DNA of 64,000 nucleotides, from NCBI GenBank assembly GCA_030704615.1, contig CM060731.1, positions 83,266,001 through 83,330,000 on the forward strand. The letters run 5' to 3'. This stretch comes from Takakia lepidozioides. Taxonomy: Eukaryota; Plantae; Bryophyta. Positions 1 to 10,900 of this stretch are shown here, piece by piece. Every line of letters starts with the position of its first letter. Positions within the stretch are counted from its first letter, which is position 1. Position numbers and translations under genes: made by a program. The notes under the pieces were generated by a model. That model saw only the letters and a program-made list of their open reading frames with translations. It did not search any database and was not told the DNA's origin.

Positions 1-1284
1 ATTGTGCCTCATCCAACACAACGAGCGCGTTTGGTACGCCATGCCCATGAGGATTTGGGACAATTTGGGGTACGGCGCACTCATAGTTTGTTGCAAGGGC
101 AATACTGGTGGCGGGGAATGCACACGGATGTGCAACAATTAGTGGCAAGGTGCATGGTGTGTGATAGGGTGCGTGCTTCCTTCAATGCACCTACTCCACA
201 ATTGCATCTTTTACCCACTATAGGATTGGGTTATCGGTAGAGTCTTGACTTTGCGGGACCATTGCCACTGACGATGCACCACAATAAGTATGTACTGGTG
301 ATGGTGGAACACTTCTCCAAATGGATTGAGCTGGTGAAATTGCCTGACAAGGCAAGTGAGGGGGATGCGTATGCATTCTAAGATCGAGTGCTTAGTCAAT
401 TTGGTCCTCCAGCCGAGGTACTCACAGATCAAGGTAGAGAATTCATGGGAAAATTTCAGGTTTTGTGTGAGTAAGCTTTGATATATCACCGCACTACTTC
501 TCGGGATTATCCCGAGACTGGCGTGGCGGAGAGAGTTGTTCAGACAGTCAATAAGGGTTTACGCAAATACGGTTTGCAGAATGGACACCTGGGAGATTGG
601 GACCTTCAGTTGCCTTGGTTGGTTATGGGCTATAGATTCAGCAAACAAGCGTCACTTGCCTCCTTCTCACCTTACTTTCTTCGGCCAAGAGCCAGATTTG
701 TCTACATCTATTCGCAAAGAGGCTGCAGTAGTCCTCAACCTTGATGATCCGGATGTGTGGACACAAGCATATGACCAGTGGGCAAAGTTGTTAAAAAAAA
801 TCATGTCTATGGTTTTGAGAACCTTGCTATTGCCCAACACCGAGACACACTGAGGTATACCACTATACGTGGAGGAGGGTATCGGCCAGAAGTTCGGCGT
901 TTCCACCCTGGGGACTATGTATATCTACAACAGACAGCGCCTACGATCTTGGATGTCACAGCATGACGTGTGATTCTAAGGGTCAGGGAGGTGTTGCCTT
1001 CAAGAGTGTTGATTCTGGAGGGTTGAGATGGCATGGTATGGAAGGACCATGTGCGCAATTATACGCCACATCACCTTCCACATGTGGATGGGAGGATAGA
1101 TCTCAACCTTGCAGTCGTACCTGTAGGGTGGCATTGCATGCTATGTGGGTATGTCAGTGGTACAGCCAACCATGTTGGTGTGTGACAAATGCTCAAGGGG
1201 GTGGCACATGGATGTTTGACACCGTCACTTGAGGAGGTTCATAGCGGAGAATGGTTGTGTCCACGATGCCTTGGACAGAGGTAG
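1..1284 (+). pseudogene. Ty3/Gypsy integrase remnant (H2C2 zinc-binding, rve core, C-terminal region) ending in a PHD finger; truncated by the window start
   Basis: ORF pieces HAHEDLGQFG...YWWRGM...CMVC, SLDFAGPLP, VLTDQGREF, HRTTSRDYPETGVAERVVQT, FHPGDYVYL; several stops and frameshifts; terminal TAG at 1282-1284. Confidence 0.9.
1135..1269 (+). other. PHD finger (C4HC3) coding segment at the integrase C-terminus, with 2 frameshifts
   Basis: Manual translation: CMLCGYVSGTA/TMLVCDKCSRGWHM/CLTPSLEEVHSGEWLCPRC. Confidence 0.88.
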
Positions 1285-1439
1285 TGGGCATGACAATGGT
1301 GAGGTTGACAAGTGATCCAAGATCTGGCTAGGGGGAGTTCAACGCCATGGACACCCAACTGAAAGCCATGGTTTATAGGAAGGCGACTAACGATGAGGCT
1401 ACTTTTGCACCCGGCCTCTTGATCTATCAAGTTTGGATA

Positions 1440-1828
1440 TTGGGACTTGTGCGGTTGAAGACCAAGCTATGATCTTCTTAGGATTCAGGAAGGTTTGTCT
1501 TCTTCTAATCGAGCCTTCCGAGCCTCTCTCACCTCCATGGCTCTAGTTCATGATGAGTAGAAGTGTGCGAGAGTGTTGTATGGTGGATTCATTTAGCTAA
1601 GGTGTCATGGGCTTGACTATTATAGAGTGTTAGAGTGGGATTGTATTTGGAAGGGTTATGTGTGTTCTTGGTGTGATGTGGTTTCATGCAAGAGAGAGTT
1701 TTCATTGCATTCTACTTCTCTAATTTCTCATATCTTTTCATTGTGACATAGCTTTATAGGTCTATATGCGAGGAAGTGTGTTTGGACAGCGATATATGTT
1801 GTGGCACGATGCTTCTAGGTGCACGACA
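1440..1828 (+). mobile_element. Probable LTR remnant; start uncertain
   Basis: Non-coding, follows the integrase/PHD stop, ends in GGTGCACGACA, the reverse complement of the TGTCGTGCACC terminus at 2635 and 20780. Confidence 0.35.
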
Positions 1829-1987
1829 TCATAATCTCTCAGTTCTATTCCAAGTCGTTTCAATGATTCAATATTATACGTCACAAATATAATATAATTG
1901 TGCCTTATATTTAATCAACATTTATGGAGTTGTATGTGAAGTGATTACTATGACTGTAATTTCCACATAATTATGTAAGGTGTATAG

Positions 1988-1990
1988 AAA

Positions 1991-2021
<31 letters not shown>

Positions 2022-2046
2022 CAAAACAAAACAAAAAAAAAAAAAA
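1988..2046. repeat. (AAAAC)n / poly-A simple repeat; reads as a T-rich tail for the minus-strand non-LTR element
   Basis: Direct reading of the sequence. Confidence 0.95.
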
Positions 2047-2634
2047 CTCCGGCCGAAGCCGGCGTAACTAAGAGTCACTTCGCCTTGCGGCTACTGCCCC
2101 TTTTCAGGGGTGGGCCCTATGAGATTAATGGTGTCCAGGGGACACCTAAAGACCTGCGAGGAGAATGCATACGCAGGGCAAAAAAAGGTACCACCGGGTA
2201 CCCCGAGGCGCCCGGGCACCTAGGGAGCGGGAAGAGGGTTGGATTCAAGCTGCCGTTTGTTGGTGATGATAGCAGTAAGAGAACAGAGCGCTGTGAGGTG
2301 TATGGCTTTAAAGCATTTATGGATAGATGTGATGGGAAGTTTAAAGTTGTTTTGGAGTGCAGATATGCTAGCATTATGGATACACCTCTGGTGCCTGCCG
2401 TGATGACAGTAAGTGGGCCTGTGGCCCACCCTTGCCGACGGATGGCCAAGATAAGCGGGGCATATTTTTGGCGTTTCTCGAGGGTGGAGGGGCTGGGGAA
2501 GCGGTCATGGTAGTATGTAAACTCTATGAAGTGTATGGTGAAGGCTTGGGATGGAGCAGAGGGTGGGGCAGCGTTAATAGGAAGTCCCTATACAAGTAGG
2601 ATATCCGGGATAGTCTGGCATGACATATGCAGAA
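2047..2634 (-). mobile_element. 5'-truncated non-LTR retrotransposon: C-terminal restriction-like endonuclease region plus 3' UTR
   Basis: Minus-strand translation CICHARL/PDILLV*GLP...TIHFIEFTYYHDRFP...EKRQKYAPLILAIRRQGW...VITAGTRG/IH...NPLPAP* fits the PD..E..K..KY..L..GW RLE pattern; stop at 2220. Confidence 0.75.
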
Positions 2635-2659
2635 TGTCGTGCACCTCACTTTGGTAATT

Positions 2660-3599
2660 CCCTCTTGTACCAGTTGAGCCATAGAGAGTTGGTGGAGCTG
2701 AAGGAACAGCTCAAGGACCTCATGGCAAAGGAATACATCTGGCCAAGTAAGTCACCTTATAGAGCCCCGGTACTATTTGCAGACAAGAAAGATGGGACAT
2801 TGCGGATGTGTGTTGATTACAGGGATCTAAACAATGTGACTATCAAAAACCGGTACCGTTTGCCAAGAATTGACGACCTCTTTGATCGGTTGGCAGGCGC
2901 GAAGTATTTCAGACGAATCGATTTGCGCTCAGGTTATCACCAAATTCGGGTAGCAGAAGGAGATGAGGAAAAGACAGCGTGCATGACAAGGTATGGTTCG
3001 TACAAGTTCTTAGTGATGCCTTTTAGGCTCACCAATGTGCCGATGACCTTTAGCACATTCATGAACAGCCTTTTCCAGGAGTGATTAGATGACTTTGTGA
3101 TCGTGTACATCGACGACATCTTGGTGTACTCGAAAACAAAGGAAGACCATCTGGAGCACTTCAAAATGGTGTTCCAGAAATTGCGGGAAGTAAAGCTCTA
3201 TACCAAAGTTTTAAAGTGTGAATTCGGGGTCACAAAAGTGGAGTTCCTAGGGCATGTGATTACACAAGATGGCATCAAAATGGATGACAAAAAGGTGAGG
3301 GCGATCTTGGACTGGGAACCTCCGACTTCGGTCCTGGAAGTGTGATCCTTTCTGGGACTCGCCTCCTAGTACCGAAAATATGTGAGGAATTACACCAAGA
3401 TTGCAGGGCCGCTGTCAGACCTCTTGTGTAAATCCAAGGTATGGGTGTAGAACACCTTGTGTGCCCAAGTTTTTGCCGAAAATTGAAGCAGCGGATGGTG
3501 GAAGCTCCAGTTTTGAAGATCTCGGAGTTCATTTGAGATTCACACAGATGCATCGGACTTCGCGATTGGGGATGTGCTAATGTAAGAGGGGTGTCCACT
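2660..3599 (+). pseudogene. Ty3/Gypsy (chromovirus-like) reverse transcriptase plus start of RNase H, decayed
   Basis: [63 protein letters not shown]; in-frame stops; cut off by the TIR element at 3600. Confidence 0.95.
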
Positions 3600-3812
3600 G
3601 CCTAATTATCATTTTTGACGTGACGTAGCGCTGACACGTCTGTCGTCACGCCCGACGTGCGTCACGTCACGTCGAATCCGGACGTTTACCCATGTAATTT
3701 TTTTTTATTTGACTTTTACGATTTACTTCTACCCTTTGTAATGATATAGCAGCCACGGTGTAAAACAGACGTGGCCAATTATTAATATTTGATAATTTTT
3801 TATTAAAAAAAA

Positions 3813-4390
3813 TGTCCGCCATATATTGGCAGTCGCATATAATTTATTATTTTTAAAATAAAAACGATCGCCCATATTGGCAGTCGCTTGTAATTTAATA
3901 TTTTGTTAAATTAAGCGACCGCCCATATTGGCGGTCGCTTGTATTTTATTATATCTTAAAATAAGCGACCGCCTACATTGGCGGTCGGTTGAAGTTTATT
4001 ATGTTTTAAATGAAGCGACCGCCCAGATTGGCGGTCGCTCGTACTTTATTATTATATCTTTGATATATTCTGTAAAAATACAGCGACCGCCATGTGGCGG
4101 TCGCTATATATATATATTAAATTTAGCGACCGCCATTTAGCAGCGGTAGCTTATTTTTATTTTTATTCTTAAATAAAGCGACCGCCGTTTGGCGGTCGCT
4201 TACTTAATATTTTTTTTTAAATGAAGCGACCGCCATTTAGCGGCGGTCGCTTATTTATATTTTGAATCTTGAATTAAGCGACCGCCATGTGGCGGTCGCT
4301 CTTCTTGTTTTTATAAATATAGCGACCGTCATGCGGCGGTCACGTGTTTTTTGTTTTCTTAGAAATCCAGGGACCCGCCGTGTGGCGTTT
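3813..4390. repeat. Ladder of ~12 palindromes AAGCGACCGCC-N3-8-GGCGGTCGCTT separated by AT-rich spacers, period ~50 bp
   Basis: Copies near 3815, 3864, 3913, 3963, 4013, 4082, 4125, 4176, 4224, 4276, 4321 and 4371. Confidence 0.92.
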
Positions 4391-4946
4391 TGTTTTTAAT
4401 TTTTTAATCATGAAGCGGCGTCTGGCCAGCCACGTGGCGAGGTGCCACGGGTCAGGAAAAACGAAACAAATGGGATGGGGGGAGGTGGTTTTGAACCCTT
4501 GACCTCTCCCATGTGGGTGCTCGTGGCGAGGTGCGACTGGCTAGTCACGCCGCGCTGACACGTGGCGAGGCGTCACTGGTCTGTCGCGCCTTTTCAAGCA
4601 CAATGCCATTTTTTTTGGGGGGGGGGCCTGGTGGGCACCTATATAAACCATTCCCCCCTCCTTTTCTGATCACTGTTGCCCCTCTCGTGGTGCTGTTCCT
4701 TGGCATCCTGTAGTCCTTTCGGACTTCGTTGCTTGGCACTGCCAACGGGAGGTGCAAAGGTAATTATTTGGTGAGGAGGTTTTGTCAATTTTCTATTGGA
4801 CAGTCCCACACACTTGTTCACGGTTCAATCATCGTATCACCATTTTGCCGTTTTCGGATCTCCGGCGCCCTATTTTTTTGCAGAATACTACGAAGACACC
4901 ATCCACACGCGTTCGTTGCCGTTTTCTGAGGTTTTGGACCCTGTAT

Positions 4947-7900
4947 GTAGAACACAAATCAAGTTTGGAGTGCAAAACAGGGAAGAAACTGTGGTTTTGG
5001 GTCCAAATGAATTTTGATCCTTCCCAAATTTGGTACGCACGTTGCATATGGCTACATTACACGCCCCATTCAAAAATCGAATGAAAAAAAAAAAATTGTG
5101 AGCACGCGAAACACGGTCCAACAGGTCCCAAAGCAATAGCAGCTCCAACACAATACATTCAACGGGTGAACGGATGGTTGCCCGTCCAAATCATTTTTGT
5201 TATCTTCCAAATTTTGCCAGCACATTCGAGACACCTTCTCACAGGTCTCGGACTAATATCAGATCAATCGAAATTCATTCGATGGCTCAACGGATGGTTG
5301 GCCATCGAAATGATTTTGGTTCGCTTTGAGACTTGGCCACTATGTTCAATGTGCCATGTAAGAGGCCCCAGAGTAATATGAGATCAATCGAAATTCGTTC
5401 AATGGGCCAACGGATAGTTGCCCATCCAAGTGATTTTCGTTCGCTTTGAAACTTGGCCACTGTGTTCAATGTACCCTCTGATACGTCCCAGTGTAATACG
5501 AGATCAATCGAAATTCGTTCGATTGTCCAATGAGGCGTTCACTTGTCATCTGGTTTTTGTTCACTGCGAAAAAGAAATCCCGCGACGCGCTCCCCCCTCG
5601 AGCCATTCCACAATTTAATTGAATTTAAATTTATTTTAAACCAATAAATAGGTTTGCACTGCCTTTCATTAGAGGGTTTCCGGCACGTATCGATTTTGTT
5701 TTTGGCTCAATTTTGTTCTGCGGCTTCCAGCATCCCACCGCTACTCCCCCGCCAAATTTTGGACCAATCAAAAATGCCCCCCCAAAAAAGTGTTCTCTTC
5801 GCTCACTATTGCAGAACTCTTTATGAAGAGTACATGAAGTAGAACACAAATCAAGTTTGCAGTGCAAAAGAGGGAAGGAAATTTGTGGTTTTGGGTGCAA
5901 ATGAATTTTGATCGCTCCCAAATTCGGCACGCACGTTGCATATGGCTACATTACACGCCCCATTCAAAAACCGAATGAAAAATAAATAAAAATCGTGAGC
6001 ACGCGAAACACGGTCCAAAAGGTCCCAAAGCAATAGAAGATCCAACGGAATACATTCAACGGGTGAACGGATGGTTGCCCATCCAAATCATTTTGTTTGC
6101 TTCGAAACTTTGCCAGCACGTTCGAGACACCCTCTCACAGGTAATATCAGGAAATTCATTCGATGGCATTCGAAATGATTTTGGTTCGCTTTGAGACTTG
6201 GCCACTATGTTCAATGTGCCATGTAAGAGGCCCCAGAGTAATATGAGATCAATCGAAATTCGTTCAATGGGCCAACGGATAGTTGCCCCATCCAAATGAT
6301 TTTCGTTCGCTTTGAAACTTGGCCACTGTGTTCAATGTACCCTCTGATACGTCCCAGTGTAATACGAGATCAATCGAAATTCGTTCGATTGTCCAATGAG
6401 GCGTTCACTTGTCATCTGGTTTTTGTTCACTGCGAAAAAGAAATCCCGCAATGCGTTCAAGGCTATTGCACCCATTGAACGGATGTGGTTGAAGCCCCTC
6501 TTTTGCCCGCATGTGCTTGAACATGTGCGGAGACACAACGGACGAATAAATCATTTGCCTCCCCATCGACGCGCTCCCCCCTCGAGCCATTCCACAATTT
6601 AATTGAATTTAAATTTATTTTGAACCAATAAATAGGTTTGCACTGCCTTTCATTAGAGGGTTTCCGGCACGTATCGATTTTGTTTTTGGCTCAATTTTGT
6701 TCTGCGGCTTCCAGCATCCCACCGCTACTCCCCCGCCAAATTTTGGACCAATCAAAAATGCCCCCCCAAAAAAGTGTTCTCTTCGCTCACTATTGCAGAA
6801 CTCTTTATGAAGAGTACATGAAGTAGAACACAAATCAAGTTTGCAGTGCAAAAGAGGGAAGGAAATTTGTGGTTTTGGGTGCAAATGAATTTTGATCGCT
6901 CCCAAATTCGGCACGCACGTTGCATATGGCTACATTACACGCCCCATTCAAAAACCGAATGAAAAATAAATAAAAATCGTGAGCACGCGAAACACGGTCC
7001 AAAAGGTCCCAAGCAATAGAAGATCCAACGGAATACATTCAACGGTGTGAACGGATGGTTGCCCATCCAAATCATTTTTGTTTGCTTCGAAACTTTGCCA
7101 GCACGTTCGAGACACCCTCTCGCAGGTCTCGGACTAATATCAGATCAATCGAAATTCATTCGATGGCTCAACGGATGGTTGGCCATCGAAATGATTTTGG
7201 TTCGCTTTGAGACTTGGCCACTATGTTCAATGTGCCATGTAAGAGGCCCCAGAGTTATATGAGATCAATCGAAATTCGTTCAATGGGCCAACGGATGGTT
7301 GCCCATCCAAATAATTTTCGTTTGCTTTGAAACTTGGCCACTGTGTTCAATGTACCCTCTGATACGTCCCAGTGTAATACGAGATCAATCGAAATTCGTT
7401 CGATTGTCCAATGAGGCGTTCACTTGTCATCTGGTTTTTGTTCACTGCGAAAAAGAAATCCCGCAATGCGTTCAAGGCTATTGCACCCATTGAACGGATG
7501 TGGTTGAAGCCCCTCTTTTGCCCGCATGTGCTTGAACATGTGCGGAGACACAACAGACGAATAAATCATTTGCCTCCCCATCGACGCGCTCCCCCCTCGA
7601 GCCATTCCACAATTTAATTGAATTTAAATTTATTTTGAACCAATAAATAGGTTTGCACTGCCTTTCATTATGGGGTTTCGGGCACGTATCGATTTTGTTT
7701 TTGGCTCAATTTTGTTCTGCGGCTTCCAACATCCCACCGCTACTCCCCCGCCAAATTTTGGACCAATCAAAAATGCCCCCCCCAAAAAGTGTTCTCTTCG
7801 CTCACTATTGCAGAACTCTTTATGAAGAGTACATGAAGTAGAACACAAATCAAGTTTGCAGTGCAAAAGAGGGAAGGAAATTTGTGGTTTTGGGTGCAAA

Positions 7901-10900
7901 TGAATTTTGATCGCTCCCAAATTCGGCACGCACGTTGCATATGGCTACATTACACGCCCCATTCAAAAACCGAATGAAAAATAAATAAAAATCGTGAGCA
8001 CGCGAAACACGGTCCAAAAGGTCCCAAGCAATAGAAGATCCAACGGAATACATTCAACGGGTGAACGGATGGTTGCCCATCCAAATCATTTTTGTTTGCT
8101 TCGAAACTTTGCCAGCACGTTCGAGACACCCTCTCGCAGGTCTCGGACTAATATCAGATCAATCGAAATTCATTCGATGGCTCAACGGATGGTTGGCCAT
8201 CGAAATGATTTTGGTTCGCTTTGAGACTTGGCCACTATGTTCAATGTGCCATGTAAGAGGCCCCAGAGTAATATGAGATCAATCGAAATTCGTTCAATGG
8301 GCCAACGGATAGTTGCCCCATCCAAATGATTTTCGTTCGCTTTGAAACTTGGCCACTGTGTTCAATGTACCCTCTGATACGTCCCAGTGTAATACGAGAT
8401 CAATCGAAATTCGTTCGATTGTCCAATGAGGCGTTCACTTGTCATCTGGTTTTTGTTCACTGCGAAAAAGAAATCCCGCAATGCGTTCAAGGCTATTGCA
8501 CCCATTGAACGGATGTGGTTGAAGCCCCTCTTTTGCCCGCATGTGCTTGAACATGTGCGGAGACACAACGGACGAATAAATCATTTGCCTCCCCATCGAC
8601 GCGCTCCCCCCTCGAGCCATTCCACAATTTAATTGAATTTAAATTTATTTTGAACCAATAAATAGGTTTGCACTGCCTTTCATTAGAGGGTTTCCGGCAC
8701 GTATCGATTTTGTTTTTGGCTCAATTTTGTTCTGCGGCTTCCAGCATCCCACCGCTACTCCCCCGCCAAATTTTGGACCAATCAAAAATGCCCCCCCAAA
8801 AAAGTGTTCTCTTCGCTCACTATTGCAGAACTCTTTATGAAGAGTACATGAAGTAGAACACAAATCAAGTTTGCAGTGCAAAAGAGGGAAGGAAATTTGT
8901 GGTTTTGGGTGCAAATGAATTTTGATCGCTCCCAAATTCGGCACGCACGTTGCATATGGCTACATTACACGCCCCATTCAAAAACCGAATGAAAAATAAA
9001 TAAAAATCGTGAGCACGCGAAACACGGTCCAAAAGGTCCCAAAGCAATAGAAGATCCAACGGAATACATTCAACGGGTGAACGGATGGTTGCCCATCCAA
9101 ATCATTTTTGTTTGCTTCGAAACTTTGCCAGCACGTTCGAGACACCCTCTCACAGGTCTCGGACTAATATCAGATCAATCGAAATTCATTCGATGGCTCA
9201 ACGGATGGTTGGCCATCGAAATGATTTTGGTTCGCTTTGAGACTTGGCCACTATGTTCAATGTGCCATGTAAGAGGCCCCAGAGTAATATGAGATCAATC
9301 GAAATTCGTTCAATGGGCCAACGGATAGTTGCCCCATCCAAATGATTTTCGTTCGCTTTGAAACTTGGCCACTGTGTTCAATGTACCCTCTGATACGTCC
9401 CAGTGTAATACGAGATCAATCGAAATTCGTTCGATTGTCCAATGAGGCGTTCACTTGTCATCTGGTTTTTGTTCACTGCGAAAAAGAAATCCCGCAATGC
9501 GTTCAAGGCTATTGCACCCATTGAACGGATGTGGTTGAAGCCCCTCTTTTGCCCGCATGTGCTTGAACATGTGCGGAGACACAACGGACGAATAAATCAT
9601 TTGCCTCCCCATCGACGCGCTCCCCCCTCGAGCCATTCCACAATTTAATTGAATTTAAATTTATTTTGAACCAATAAATAGGTTTGCACTGCCTTTCATT
9701 AGAGGGTTTCCGGCACGTATCGATTTTGTTTTTGGCTCAATTTTGTTCTGCGGCTTCCAGCATCCCACCGCTACTCCCCGCCAAATTTTGGACCAATCAA
9801 AAATGCCCCCCCAAAAAAGTGTTCTCTTCGCTCACTATTGCAGAACTCTTTATGAAGAGTACATGAAGTAGAACACAAATCAAGTTTGCAGTGCAAAAGA
9901 GGGAAGGAAATTTGTGGTTTTGGGTGCAAATGAATTTTGATCGCTCCCAAATTCGGCACGCACGTTGCATATGGCTACATTACACGCCCCATTCAAAAAC
10001 CGAATGAAAAATAAATAAAAATCGTGAGCACGCGAAACACGGTCCAAAAGGTCCCAAAGCAATAGAAGATCCAACGGAATACATTCAACGGGTGAACGGA
10101 TGGTTGCCCATCCAAATCATTTTTGTTTGCTTCGAAACTTTGCCAGCACGTTCGAGACACCCTCTCGCAGGTCTCGGACTAATATCAGATCAATCGAAAT
10201 TCATTCGATGGCTCAACGGATGGTTGGCCATCGAAATGATTTTGGTTCGCTTTGAGACTTGGCCACTATGTTCAATGTGCCATGTAAGAGGCCCCAGAGT
10301 AATATGAGATCAATCGAAATTCGTTCAATGGGCCAACGGATAGTTGCCCCATCCAAATGATTTTCGTTCGCTTTGAAACTTGGCCACTGTGTTCAATGTA
10401 CCCTCTGATACGTCCCAGTGTAATACGAGATCAATCGAAATTCGTTCGATTGTCCAATGAGGCGTTCACTTGTCATCTGGTTTTTGTTCACTGCGAAAAA
10501 GAAATCCCGCAATGCGTTCAAGGCTATTGCACCCATTGAACGGATGTGGTTGAAGCCCCTCTTTTGCCCGCATGTGCTTGAACATGTGCGGAGACACAAC
10601 GGACGAATAAATCATTTGCCTCCCCATCGACGCGCTCCCCCCTCGAGCCATTCCACAATTTAATTGAATTTAAATTTATTTTAAACCAATAAATAGGTTT
10701 GCACTGCCTTTCATTAGAGGGTTTCCGGCACGTATCGATTTTGTTTTTGGCTCAATTTTGTTCTGCGGCTTCCAGCATCCCACCGCTACTCCCCCGCCAA
10801 ATTTTGGACCAATCAAAAATGCCCCCCCAAAAAAGTGTTCTCTTCGCTCACTATTGCAGAACTCTTTTATGAAGAGTGCATGAAGTAGAACACAAATCAA

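Noticed and set aside
2047-2220. Hammerhead or HDV-like ribozyme call
   Set aside because: No CUGAUGA core; CUCCUCGC is present but the P1/P3 pairings of the HDV fold could not be built. Kept only as an unclassified structured RNA
3813-4390. CRISPR array
   Set aside because: Repeat loops vary, spacers are low-complexity AT, there are no cas genes, and the context is a eukaryotic TE
4480-4520. tRNA gene (GGTTCAAAACC B-box-like, minus strand)
   Set aside because: No cloverleaf; the T-stem does not pair
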